A stretch of 32,938 nucleotides of DNA, taken from sequence record SRR22947727_550; one strand, written 5' to 3'. The notes beneath the pieces are model-generated. The model searched no databases, had not been told where the DNA came from, and was given only the letters and a program-made list of their open reading frames with translations. Shown here piece after piece: positions 9,130-18,376 of this stretch; position 1 is the first letter of the stretch; the number at the start of each line of letters is the position of its first letter. A program made the position numbers and the translations under genes.

Positions 9130-9936
9130 ATGGATAATTTTAAAAAAGAAATAGAAGATATAGATATCATTAATGTCACGTCACATCAAATTTCAGTCAT
9201 TGAAGAAGTAATAAGATTATTAGATACAGGAAAAATTAGAGTAGCTGAACCATCAGGCAACGATTGGATTGTGAATGAATGGGTAAAAACAGCCATACTC
9301 CACTATTTCTCAATTAAAAATTTGGAAATAATTAGTTCAGGTGAACTTGAGTATTACGACAAAATAGAACCGAAAAAGAATTATGAAAAGTTAAAAATTA
9401 GGGTAGTACCGCCTGGGGTAGTACGGTATGGAGGTTTTTGTGAACCTGGTGTTGTTGTCATGCCAGGCTTTGTCAATATAGGTGCATATGTAGGTTCTGG
9501 AACAATGGTTGATACATGGGCTACTGTCGGATCATGTGCACAAATTGGAAAAAATGTTCATTTATCTGGAGGAGTTGGTATCGGTGGAGTTTTAGAACCC
9601 CCAAGTGCGATGCCAGTAATTATTGAGGATGGTGCATTTATTGGTTCAAGATCTATCATTGTCGAGGGTGTAAAGATTGAAAAAGGTGCCGTCATTGGGG
9701 CAAATGTAACAATCACAGCAACTACTCCTATAATCGATGTTACTGGAAATGAACCAAAAGAATACAAAGGAATAGTCCCTGAAAATTCGGTTGTAATACC
9801 AGGAACTCGTCCCAAATCATTTCCAAGCGGTCAATTCAATACTATGTGTGCTTTAATAATTGGAAAAAGAAAAGAATCAACAAATCAAAAAACCTCTTTG
9901 AACGATGCGCTAAGAACATTTGGAGTTCAAGTTTGA
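9130..9936 (+). CDS. dapD: Tetrahydrodipicolinate N-succinyltransferase
   Basis: RVAEP, VNEWVK, RVVPPG, VNIGAYV..GTMVDTWATVGSCAQIGKNVHLSGGVGIGGVLEP. Confidence 0.95.
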   Translation: MDNFKKEIEDIDIINVTSHQISVIEEVIRLLDTGKIRVAEPSGNDWIVNEWVKTAILHYFSIKNLEIISSGELEYYDKIEPKKNYEKLKIRVVPPGVVRYGGFCEPGVVVMPGFVNIGAYVGSGTMVDTWATVGSCAQIGKNVHLSGGVGIGGVLEPPSAMPVIIEDGAFIGSRSIIVEGVKIEKGAVIGANVTITATTPIIDVTGNEPKEYKGIVPENSVVIPGTRPKSFPSGQFNTMCALIIGKRKESTNQKTSLNDALRTFGVQV

Positions 9937-10967
9937 GTTTAGATAAATTAACTAGAGAGTTAATAGCCATTCAATCAGTAACCGGTAACGAAGTAAAAAT
10001 ACTTGATTTTATAGAACGTGAATTAAGCAATTCTGGATTTTCTGGAACAATATTAAGAAATGAAGGGGGAATCATTGCCTATTATCCGTCATCAAAGTCG
10101 AGTATCGCATTAGTTGGCCATGTTGACACAGTTCCTATAGATGAATCACAAGTAATCGTCGATGATGACTCAAAAATTTATGGAAGAGGGTCCGTCGACA
10201 TGAAAAGTGGAGTAGCAGTGATGTTAAAAATCATGAGCAATAATTTTGAAAATGTAGCTGCAATTTTTTACACCTCAGAAGAGGGACCCATGGTTGATAA
10301 TGGGCTAGAGATTCTAATGCCTATATTACAAAAAGACTTTAACCTTGAATTTGCTATTATTCTTGAACCCACAAATGGTGAGGTTCAATTGGGGTGCCTA
10401 GGTTCAGTAAATGCTGATTTGCAAATAAATGGTAAATCTGCTCATTCTGCACGTCCATGGATGGGTGAAAATCCAATATTTAAACTGCCTGAAGTAATAA
10501 ATTATATTCAAAATAATGAAGTTGAAGACAACATAATTGATGGATTATTATTTAAAAAAATTATAAGTGCCACAACAATTACAGGTGGAACTGCGAACAA
10601 TGTAATTCCGTCACATATAAATATAAATATAAATTACAGATTTTTACCAACATCAGATGAAAATGAAGCAGCTGATTTTATTATTGAAAATTTTTCAAAG
10701 TTTGGGGAAGTTACAATAAAAAACACATCAAATGGAGCTCTTCCTAATTTGGAATCTCAGAGTATTAAAAATTTTATAGCATCCACAGGTGCCAAAGTTA
10801 CACCTAAACAAGCTTGGACTGATATAGCAAGATTTTATAAAGAGGGTATCCCTGCAGTGAATTACGGTCCAGGAGATCCTCTTTTAGCACACTCGCCAGA
10901 TGAATTTGTTAATACAGATCAAATAGTAGAATCATATGAGTCTATTGTTAAGTACCTAGAAAGTTAA
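9933..10967 (+). CDS. dapE: Succinyl-diaminopimelate desuccinylase (probable TTG start overlapping the dapD stop)
   Basis: GHVDTVP, GRGSVDMKSG, SEE, EPT, AHSARPW, QAWTD, GPGDPLLAH. TTG at 9933 forms a TTGA overlap with GGAG upstream; the ORF-track start at 9846 lies inside dapD. Confidence 0.9.
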   Translation: MSLDKLTRELIAIQSVTGNEVKILDFIERELSNSGFSGTILRNEGGIIAYYPSSKSSIALVGHVDTVPIDESQVIVDDDSKIYGRGSVDMKSGVAVMLKIMSNNFENVAAIFYTSEEGPMVDNGLEILMPILQKDFNLEFAIILEPTNGEVQLGCLGSVNADLQINGKSAHSARPWMGENPIFKLPEVINYIQNNEVEDNIIDGLLFKKIISATTITGGTANNVIPSHINININYRFLPTSDENEAADFIIENFSKFGEVTIKNTSNGALPNLESQSIKNFIASTGAKVTPKQAWTDIARFYKEGIPAVNYGPGDPLLAHSPDEFVNTDQIVESYESIVKYLES

Positions 10968-10971
10968 ATTT

Positions 10972-11256
10972 ATGACCGATAAAATTGATATTAAAAATGT
11001 TGCAAAATTGGCAGCATTAAACCTAACTACTGAAGAAGAGAACAAGTTAGAAAAAGATTTGTCAATGATTATTGATCATTTTGCTGCTCTAAGTGAAATG
11101 AATTTACCAGATGAAAAAATAAGTATTCATCCACTTGGCACGCCTCTAAATCTAGCTGATGATGAAGCAATCATTTTCTTAAGTCACGAAGAAGCGCTAA
11201 GCAATGCTCCAGAATCATCAGATGGTCAGTTTGTAGTACCACCTTCATTAGATTAA
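10972..11256 (+). CDS. gatC: Asp/Glu-tRNA amidotransferase subunit C
   Basis: VAKLAALNL...LSNAPESSDGQFVVP; 94 aa directly before gatA. Confidence 0.92.
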   Translation: MTDKIDIKNVAKLAALNLTTEEENKLEKDLSMIIDHFAALSEMNLPDEKISIHPLGTPLNLADDEAIIFLSHEEALSNAPESSDGQFVVPPSLD

Positions 11257-11258
11257 TT

Positions 11259-12707
11259 ATGAATCATTACAAACTTTCTATTTCTGAAATAAATAAATTA
11301 TTTAAAGATAAAAAATTAAAACCATCAGAACTTTACAGTGAAGTGTTTGAACGTGCAGCAAACACAGAGTCAATAATTCATGGACATCTAACCTTATTTC
11401 AAGATGAAAATATAAAAAAAGCTGCTGATGCTGACAAACGTTATGAAAATGGAACTGAATTAGGAATACTTGATGGGATTCCAATTGCAATAAAAGATAA
11501 TATTAATATTGCAGGCTATGCAACAACTTGTTCATCACAAATGCTTTCGAACTACATCTCACCATATGATGCAACAGTTATAACTAAGCTTAAAGATGAA
11601 GGTGTAATGTTCACAGGCAAAACAAACTTAGATGAATTCGCTATGGGGTCATCAACTGAAAATTCTGCATTTGGACCAACAAAAAATCCCTGGGATCCGT
11701 CTAGAGTTCCAGGAGGTTCGTCCGGAGGGTCTGCAGCAGTTGTCTCTGCTGGCTCAGCAATTGCTTCCCTTGGGAGTGACACAGGAGGATCTATCAGGCA
11801 ACCGGCATCTTTTTGTGGAGTTGTTGGATTTAAACCAACCTATGGAACGGTTTCAAGATTTGGATTGGTAGCATTTGCTTCATCTTTAGACCAGATTGGA
11901 CCGATTACTAATAATGTAGAAGACTCAAAAATTCTTTTTAACTCAATGAAGGGATTCGATCCTTTTGATGCAACTTCAGGTAAAGAAAGCAAAACTAAAC
12001 AACCTAAATTAAAAAATGCAAAAATAGGAATTATAAAAGAACTTATGGAGGATGGAATTTCGGAGGATGCTAAATTAGAAGTTCAAAAAGTTGCAAAATT
12101 ACTTGAATCACAAGGTCACGAAATTGTAGAAGTTTCATTACCTTTGACTAAAATGTCGATCAGTATTTACTATCTCATTGCACCTGCTGAGTGTTCTGCA
12201 AATTTATCAAGATTTGATGGTGTAAGGTATGGGAATAGAGTTGCTGGAAATACAAGCTATGAAATGATGGAAAATACAAGAGCTGAGGGATTTGGTCCAG
12301 AGGTTAAAAAAAGAATTTTATTAGGAACCTATGCTCTTTCAGCTGGTTATTATGATGCATTTTATGGTCAAGCATTAAAAGCTCGAGCTATGATGAAAAA
12401 GGAATTTACAGAAACTTATAAAGAAGTTGATTACCTTATTTCTCCTACAACTCCTTCTGATCCATTTAAGTTTGGAGAAAAATCTGACAATCAGTTAGAG
12501 ATGTATATGTCAGATTTATGTACTATTCCTGCAAACCTTGTTGGAATGCCAGCGATTAGTATACCTACGGGGTTGTCTTCAAATGGACTTCCTCTATCTG
12601 TGCAGATTATGAGTCCAGCCAATACTGACAACACACTTTTAGAATTCTCTCAAAAACTTGAATCAGTAGTTTCTTTTACTTCATTGCCAGAAATAAAAGG
12701 TGTGTAA
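11259..12707 (+). CDS. gatA: Asp/Glu-tRNA amidotransferase subunit A
   Basis: Amidase signature GIPIAIKDN, GKTNLDEFAMGSSTENS, PGGSSGGSAA, LGSDTGGSIRQPA; NLSRFDGVRYG, EVKKRILLGTYALS. Confidence 0.97.
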   Translation: MNHYKLSISEINKLFKDKKLKPSELYSEVFERAANTESIIHGHLTLFQDENIKKAADADKRYENGTELGILDGIPIAIKDNINIAGYATTCSSQMLSNYISPYDATVITKLKDEGVMFTGKTNLDEFAMGSSTENSAFGPTKNPWDPSRVPGGSSGGSAAVVSAGSAIASLGSDTGGSIRQPASFCGVVGFKPTYGTVSRFGLVAFASSLDQIGPITNNVEDSKILFNSMKGFDPFDATSGKESKTKQPKLKNAKIGIIKELMEDGISEDAKLEVQKVAKLLESQGHEIVEVSLPLTKMSISIYYLIAPAECSANLSRFDGVRYGNRVAGNTSYEMMENTRAEGFGPEVKKRILLGTYALSAGYYDAFYGQALKARAMMKKEFTETYKEVDYLISPTTPSDPFKFGEKSDNQLEMYMSDLCTIPANLVGMPAISIPTGLSSNGLPLSVQIMSPANTDNTLLEFSQKLESVVSFTSLPEIKGV

Positions 12708-12708
12708 G

Positions 12709-14151
12709 TTGAAAATTGTACCAACTATAGGAATGGAAACACACGTAGAACTAAAAACTAACTCAAAAATGTTCTGCAGGTGTAATGTTGTTGAAACTGA
12801 TAAACCTAATGAGAACCTATGTCCAACTTGTTTAGGGCTACCTGGTTCACTACCAGTTCCAAACAAAAGGGCTATTGAATTCATCACACTCCTAGCCTTA
12901 AGCACGAAGTGTCAAATTACAACTGATGGAATGTTTCATAGAAAAAATTACTTTTATCCAGATCTTCCAAAAAACTATCAGATTTCTCAATTTGATTTAC
13001 CAGTTGGCACCGAAGGTTCTCTTGAAATTGTAGTGAATGGAGAGTTTTCTACTGTAGAAATTGAACGAGTACACATGGAAGAAGATACAGGAAAAAGTAC
13101 ACATATTGGTTCAGGAAGAATTGATTCAGCAACCAGCACACATCTAGATTTCAATAGAGCAGGTATACCATTAGTTGAAGTAGTGACAAAACCGCTAATT
13201 AAGTCGTCAAAAGAAGCAGTGTCATATATTGAAGAATTAAGACAGCTTGTAATTGACTTAGACATATCTGAAGGAAAATTGGAAAAAGGCAATCTTAGGT
13301 TTGATGCAAATATCTCAGTTGCATATGAGAATGATGATGAGTTAGGAACAAAAGTCGAGATTAAAAATATGAACTCACTACGTTCACTTGAAAAAGCAAT
13401 AGAATATGAAATCTCTAGACAAACAAAAATGCTAAATAATAACGAAACTATTATTCAAGAAACTAGACACTGGGATGAAAAAAAAGAAGTAACTAGTTCT
13501 ATGAGATCAAAAGAGGGAAGTGCAGACTATCGTTATTTTTCAGATCCTGATATTCCAAATATGATACTAAGCGAGGACTTCATTGACAAGATTAAAAACA
13601 ACATGCCAGTTTTACCATCAGAAAAAAGAAATACATTTATTAATAGCGGGTTAAGTATAGAAGACGCAAACAGTATAGGAAAAAGTCCAAAATGGATGGG
13701 CGAACTTTACAAAAGTGTTTCTGATATCACCAATGATTCAAAGACAACTTTTAATTGGATAACGGGTGAACTACAAGGACAACTTAGAAAGCTTGGGGAA
13801 ACTTCTCCACCAGAATGGATGACCGCTGAGCAACTGGCAGAGATAATCTCTTTAGTTAAGAATGATAAAATATCTTTTACTTCTGGAAAAGAAATTTTGG
13901 CAGAACTAATTGAGGAGAAAATAAATCCGGAGGAATATGCTATTTCAAATAAACTTATACAGGAAAATGACACAGAAGAAATTAGTAAAATGGTAAAAGA
14001 AATAATTAAAGAAAACTCTGAAGTTTTAGAGCGTATTGCTAATGGAGAAGAAAAGTTAATTGGATTTTTAGTTGGTCAAGTTATAAAACTTTCAAATGGT
14101 AAAGTTAACCCATCTGTTGCAAAAGAACTTTTACTTAAAGAGATAAAATAA
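12709..14151 (+). CDS. gatB: Asp/Glu-tRNA amidotransferase subunit B (probable TTG start at 12709; ORF track gives GTG 12700)
   Basis: IGMETHVEL, CLGLPGSLP, RKNYFYPDLPKNYQISQ, HMEEDTGKS, NRAGIPLVE, RFDANIS, RSKE..ADYRYF.DPD. Confidence 0.96.
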   Translation: MKIVPTIGMETHVELKTNSKMFCRCNVVETDKPNENLCPTCLGLPGSLPVPNKRAIEFITLLALSTKCQITTDGMFHRKNYFYPDLPKNYQISQFDLPVGTEGSLEIVVNGEFSTVEIERVHMEEDTGKSTHIGSGRIDSATSTHLDFNRAGIPLVEVVTKPLIKSSKEAVSYIEELRQLVIDLDISEGKLEKGNLRFDANISVAYENDDELGTKVEIKNMNSLRSLEKAIEYEISRQTKMLNNNETIIQETRHWDEKKEVTSSMRSKEGSADYRYFSDPDIPNMILSEDFIDKIKNNMPVLPSEKRNTFINSGLSIEDANSIGKSPKWMGELYKSVSDITNDSKTTFNWITGELQGQLRKLGETSPPEWMTAEQLAEIISLVKNDKISFTSGKEILAELIEEKINPEEYAISNKLIQENDTEEISKMVKEIIKENSEVLERIANGEEKLIGFLVGQVIKLSNGKVNPSVAKELLLKEIK

Positions 14152-14596
14152 TAAACTGATTAACTATTGTTGCACCAAGTAAACCAAAAGCACCTGCTGC
14201 TAGGTCATCATAGAGGACACCTTTCTTACCTGGCAAATCTTCCATTTGAGCAACGATGTTTGGTTGTTTTAATATGTCTGATGCTCTGAAGATAATAAAC
14301 CCTGTAATTAGTGGGAGTAGCTGAGAAGGAGAAGCTAATGAGGCTAAGCTCATACCTATAATTTCGTCAAGAGTTATCCAACTTGGATCATTTGAGGCAG
14401 TTTCATCATCAACTACAGCAAAATATATTATCGTTAGTAAGAAAAAAATTAATAAAAGCCAAATAGTCTGTATTTTAAAAAGGTATATTGCAATCACATA
14501 AACCAAAGAGGCAACAGAACCACCACCTTTTTTATCTGCAAATAAAAACTTCCATAATAGACCTAAACCAAACCCAGAAGCGATAAAAGTTTTCAT
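14135..14596 (-). CDS. pgpA: Phosphatidylglycerophosphatase A family protein
   Basis: ASGFGLG, GGGSVAS, DPSWITLDEIIGM, FRASDILK.P, GVLYDDLAAG. Confidence 0.8.
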   Translation of the reverse strand: MKTFIASGFGLGLLWKFLFADKKGGGSVASLVYVIAIYLFKIQTIWLLLIFFLLTIIYFAVVDDETASNDPSWITLDEIIGMSLASLASPSQLLPLITGFIIFRASDILKQPNIVAQMEDLPGKKGVLYDDLAAGAFGLLGATIVNQFIILSL

Positions 14597-14658
14597 ATTT
14601 GAATATTAGTATTTTTTCTGGATTCACAAGATAAAAGGTGTAGTATTTGTATTTAATA

Positions 14659-15573
14659 ATGAAAAAATCAGAGTACATTTGGCTTGATGGAGACCTTGTA
14701 GAGTGGGATAAAGCAACAGTAAGCGTTATGACTCATACTTTGCATTACGGCACTGGGGTTTTTGAAGGCATGCGTGCAAGAGAAACAGCACAAGGAACAT
14801 CAATACAGTTCTTGAATGACCATGTTGATAGGTTATATCGATCTGCAGAAGCATACAATCTTGAGATTCCTTTCAACAAGAACGTCATTACTAATGCAAT
14901 TAAAGAAATTGTTAAAGTTAATAAATTAAAATCTGCATATATAAGACCACTTGTTTTTTTAGGAGATGGCGAAATGGGACTTCTCCCACTAGATATACCT
15001 GTAAGAGTAGCAATAGCAGCTTGGGAGTGGGGTGCATATCTTGGTGATGAAGCTGCAAGCAAAGGTGTTAATGTATGCATTTCCGAGTGGCAAAGAATTA
15101 GTCCAAAAAGTTTTAAACCATTTGCAAAAGGAGTGGGTGGTTATATGAATTCAACGTTAGCAAAAATTGATGCTGTAAAACAAGGATTTGATGATGCAAT
15201 TATGTTAAGTGATAAAGGGACTGTTGCTGAAGGAAGCGGGCAGAATATTTTTATATGCAAAGACAATAAATTGTTTACCCCACCAGTTGAAACTGGCGCA
15301 CTAGGCGGGATAACAAGAAAAACAGTTTTTGAAATAGCAAAGTATCTTGGATTAGAAATCGAGGAAAAAGATCTTACAAGTGAAGATTTACTCGCATCTG
15401 ATGAAATATTTTTTACAGGAACAGCAACAGAAGTAGTCGGTATTGTTTCGATTGATAAAGTTAACATAGGTGATGGTAGTGTTGGCCCTGTTACATCAAG
15501 TATAAGAAATAAATACTTAGAAATAGTTAATGGAAAAGAAGATAATTTTAAAAATTATATAACATTAATTTAA
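14659..15573 (+). CDS. ilvE: Branched-chain amino acid aminotransferase (probable ATG start at 14659)
   Basis: IWLDG, LHYGTGVFEGMR, YIRP, AAWEWGAYLG, AK..GGYMNS, EGSGQNIF, LGGITR, FFTGTATEV. Confidence 0.95.
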   Translation: MKKSEYIWLDGDLVEWDKATVSVMTHTLHYGTGVFEGMRARETAQGTSIQFLNDHVDRLYRSAEAYNLEIPFNKNVITNAIKEIVKVNKLKSAYIRPLVFLGDGEMGLLPLDIPVRVAIAAWEWGAYLGDEAASKGVNVCISEWQRISPKSFKPFAKGVGGYMNSTLAKIDAVKQGFDDAIMLSDKGTVAEGSGQNIFICKDNKLFTPPVETGALGGITRKTVFEIAKYLGLEIEEKDLTSEDLLASDEIFFTGTATEVVGIVSIDKVNIGDGSVGPVTSSIRNKYLEIVNGKEDNFKNYITLI

Positions 15574-15989
15574 TGTCACAAGAGCCAAACGTTAATGTTA
15601 ATTATGGAGTAAGTCATACTGAGATACCTCTTCCAGTTCCCAGGAGAATGCCTTCTAGACCAGCAGAATCAATAAATCCAAATTTTGAGAGATATAATAA
15701 TGTTGGCCCTGATAGTGGGTTTGCATTAAAAATAGTCAACAAATATAAAGAATTGTGGTCATTTCACCCAAGAAAAAAATTGATAACAAATATAATTGTA
15801 AATTTAATATTATTTCGATCTTCACATTTTGGCCGAGCTCCAACAAATGCTGATTTTCATCTTATTTTAGGATTGTTACGAATATCAGAAAAAAATATTG
15901 GAGAATTAACTAATGAAGTTCTTGAAACTTCTTCAAAGGAAGCAATGCAAGGTGCACATATCACAAAAAAATTTAATTTTTTAACATAA
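15573..15989 (+). CDS. Hypothetical protein
   Basis: 138 aa, start overlaps the ilvE stop (TAATG); motif-like GPDSGFAL and RSSHFGRAP segments; no family I can name. Confidence 0.7.
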   Translation: MSQEPNVNVNYGVSHTEIPLPVPRRMPSRPAESINPNFERYNNVGPDSGFALKIVNKYKELWSFHPRKKLITNIIVNLILFRSSHFGRAPTNADFHLILGLLRISEKNIGELTNEVLETSSKEAMQGAHITKKFNFLT

Positions 15990-16023
15990 CCCCATATAAC
16001 AAGGATTCAATAAGGTACTTAAT

Positions 16024-16794
16024 ATGCAAATAGTTAGAGCAAAATATGAAAATGATATATTTTATGGAGAATTGCATGAAAACAAAGTAACTCGTTACGA
16101 TGGATCTCCATTTGTTATTTGGGAAAATACTGAAGAGGTGTATGATCTAGACGAGATTGAACTACTAGCTCCAGTGCTACCTTCAAAAGTTGTTGCTATA
16201 GCTAAGAACTATGCAAAACATGCAGCAGAAATGGGACTGCCTGAATACAGTAGTAACCTTCCAGAACACCCAGTAATTTTTATTAAACCGTCTACGTCAG
16301 TGATTGGATCTGGTCAAAAAATTAAATACCCAACTATTGGAGAGCATGTCGACCATGAAGCTGAGCTAGCATTAGTTATATCAAAAGTTTCTAAAAATAT
16401 TAATCAAGATAATTGGAAAGAACATGTTTTAGGATTCACAATCGCCAATGACTTATCTGAAAGAGTACTTCAAGGAAAAACTGGTCATTTCACTCGAGCT
16501 AAAGGATTCGATACTTTCTGCCCACTAGGTCCATACATACAAACTGAATTTGAAGAGTCACCTGAACTTCAAATTAAATCTTATGTTAACGGTGAGTTAA
16601 AACAAGATGGTAATACTAAGGATATGATTTTTAAAATTGGAGAAATTCTAGAATTTATATCATCAATAATGACCCTACTACCGGGTGATGTCATATTAAC
16701 TGGAACACCAGAGGGTGTCAGTAAAGTTGAACCTGGAGATGAAATAAAGATTGAAATTGAGACTCTTGGAATACAAATTAATACAGTTGAGTAA
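16024..16794 (+). CDS. Fumarylacetoacetate hydrolase family protein
   Basis: PSKVVAIAKNYAKHAAE, FIKPSTS, HEAELALVI, TIANDLSER, RAKGFDTFCPLGP, LLPGDVILTGTPEG. Confidence 0.93.
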   Translation: MQIVRAKYENDIFYGELHENKVTRYDGSPFVIWENTEEVYDLDEIELLAPVLPSKVVAIAKNYAKHAAEMGLPEYSSNLPEHPVIFIKPSTSVIGSGQKIKYPTIGEHVDHEAELALVISKVSKNINQDNWKEHVLGFTIANDLSERVLQGKTGHFTRAKGFDTFCPLGPYIQTEFEESPELQIKSYVNGELKQDGNTKDMIFKIGEILEFISSIMTLLPGDVILTGTPEGVSKVEPGDEIKIEIETLGIQINTVE

Positions 16795-16797
16795 TTT

Positions 16798-18108
16798 ATG
16801 AAATTACGAATAGCTCCATCTCCAACGGGTTTTCTTCACATTGGTAACGCAAGAACTGCACTATTTAACTGGTTATACGCGCGCGCAAATAATGGAACAT
16901 TCCTAGTAAGAATTGATGACACTGATACCTTAAGGTCTAGTGATGAATACATTAAAGATATCATACAAAACTTTAAGTGGCTAGGGATTGATTGGGACGA
17001 AGGTATAGAAGTTGGTGGCCCACATGGTGAATATAAACAATCTTTACGTTTTGACAGGTATAGAGAAATTGCTGAATCCCTGGTTGCTAAAGACTTAGCA
17101 TATGAAGATGAGGGAGCAGTAAGATTTAAGGTCCCAAATGAAAATTCTGTTACTTTTGAAGATATTACACGTGGCTCGATGAAATTTGAATTAGCAGATG
17201 TTGAAGATTTTATCATTTTAAGATCTGACAAGTCTCCTACATATCACCTTGCATCAACAGTCGATGATATAGATTATGAAATTACAACTATTGCAAGGGG
17301 AGAAGATATACTTTCCTCAACTCCTAAACACATTCTCTTAATGCAAGCCTTAAATGCAGATGTACCCACTTTTTGTCATTTACCTTTATTATTCGGACCA
17401 GATGGTAAAAAGTTAAGTAAGCGACATGGTGACACATCTGTAAATTCTTTTAAAGAAAAAGGATTATTACCAGAAGCTTTGTTTAATTACATGTGTTTAC
17501 TTGGGTGGGCTCCAGGCGATGATTTAGAAATTTTTAGTAAAGATTTTGCAATAGAAAAGTTCGATTTAAACAAAGTATTACCAAATCCAGCTATTTTTGA
17601 TACGACCAAGCTTCTTTGGATGAATGGTCAATATATAAGAAATATAGAAAAAGATGATTTTATTGAATCTGCTTTGCTAACAATAGAAAGCAATCTAGAT
17701 AGAGAGCTATTTGAAAAAGAGATTTATCGACTTAACAAAATAATGCCCTCTGTTCAAGAGAGGCTAGAAACTTTGAATGATTTAATCCCTCAAGTTAAAT
17801 TTTTATTAGATGAACCATTTTATATTAACGAAGAAGATTGGAATAGCGTAAATACACCAGAGGGACAAGAATACCTCAGTTCAATCAGAGAAAAATTTAA
17901 AACATTAAATGAATTTTCACTAACTAATATTGAAAATTTAATGAGAGATGAATTAAAAGCAAAAGAACTAAAACCAAAAATAGGATTTCAGATAGCAAGG
18001 GTCTCAATAACTGGAACAAAAATTAGCCCGCCATTATTTGAATCAATTTACGCATTAGGCAAAGAAGGAACCTTAGCTAGACTCGCAGAAACAATTGAAA
18101 ATTTGTAA
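16798..18108 (+). CDS. gltX: Glutamate--tRNA ligase
   Basis: RIAPSPTGFLHIGN (HIGH), RIDDTD, WLGIDWDEG, RGED, KKLSKRHG (KMSKS), TGTKISPPLFES anticodon domain. Confidence 0.97.
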   Translation: MKLRIAPSPTGFLHIGNARTALFNWLYARANNGTFLVRIDDTDTLRSSDEYIKDIIQNFKWLGIDWDEGIEVGGPHGEYKQSLRFDRYREIAESLVAKDLAYEDEGAVRFKVPNENSVTFEDITRGSMKFELADVEDFIILRSDKSPTYHLASTVDDIDYEITTIARGEDILSSTPKHILLMQALNADVPTFCHLPLLFGPDGKKLSKRHGDTSVNSFKEKGLLPEALFNYMCLLGWAPGDDLEIFSKDFAIEKFDLNKVLPNPAIFDTTKLLWMNGQYIRNIEKDDFIESALLTIESNLDRELFEKEIYRLNKIMPSVQERLETLNDLIPQVKFLLDEPFYINEEDWNSVNTPEGQEYLSSIREKFKTLNEFSLTNIENLMRDELKAKELKPKIGFQIARVSITGTKISPPLFESIYALGKEGTLARLAETIENL

Positions 18109-18147
18109 CAATTAATAATCTAATTAATATATTCTTATTACTTATAC

Positions 18148-18220
18148 GGCCCCGTCGTCCAGAGGCCTAGGACGCTGGGTTTTCAACCCAGAAACGCCGG
18201 TTCGAATCCGGTCGGGGCTG
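18148..18220 (+). tRNA. tRNA-Glu(TTC), CCA not encoded
   Basis: Acceptor GGCCCCG/CGGGGCT+G; anticodon arm CTGGG-TTTTCAA-CCCAG; T arm GCCGG-TTCGAAT-CCGGT. Confidence 0.95.
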
Positions 18221-18227
18221 CTATCCT

Positions 18228-18299
18228 TCGGGGATGGTGTAATTGGCAACACAATGGGTTCTGGTCCCATCGTTGAGGGTTCAAATCCTTCTCCCCGAG
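18228..18299 (+). tRNA. tRNA-Gln(CTG), CCA not encoded
   Basis: Acceptor TCGGGGA/TCCCCGA+G (U1-A72); anticodon arm ATGGG-TTCTGGT-CCCAT; T arm GAGGG-TTCAAAT-CCTTC. Confidence 0.95.
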
Positions 18300-18303
18300 C
18301 AGA

Positions 18304-18376
18304 GGCCCCGTCGTCCAGAGGCCTAGGACGCCGCCCTCTCAAGGCGGAAACGCCGGTTCAAATCCGGTCGGGGCTG
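18304..18376 (+). tRNA. tRNA-Glu(CTC), CCA not encoded
   Basis: Acceptor GGCCCCG/CGGGGCT+G; anticodon arm CCGCC-CTCTCAA-GGCGG; T arm GCCGG-TTCAAAT-CCGGT. Confidence 0.95.

Noticed and set aside
18148..18376. Direct repeat at the tRNA cluster as a possible attL/attR pair or CRISPR-like array
   Set aside because: Both copies are complete tRNA-Glu genes and the sequence between them is tRNA-Gln; there is no integrase, cas gene or foreign cargo nearby.
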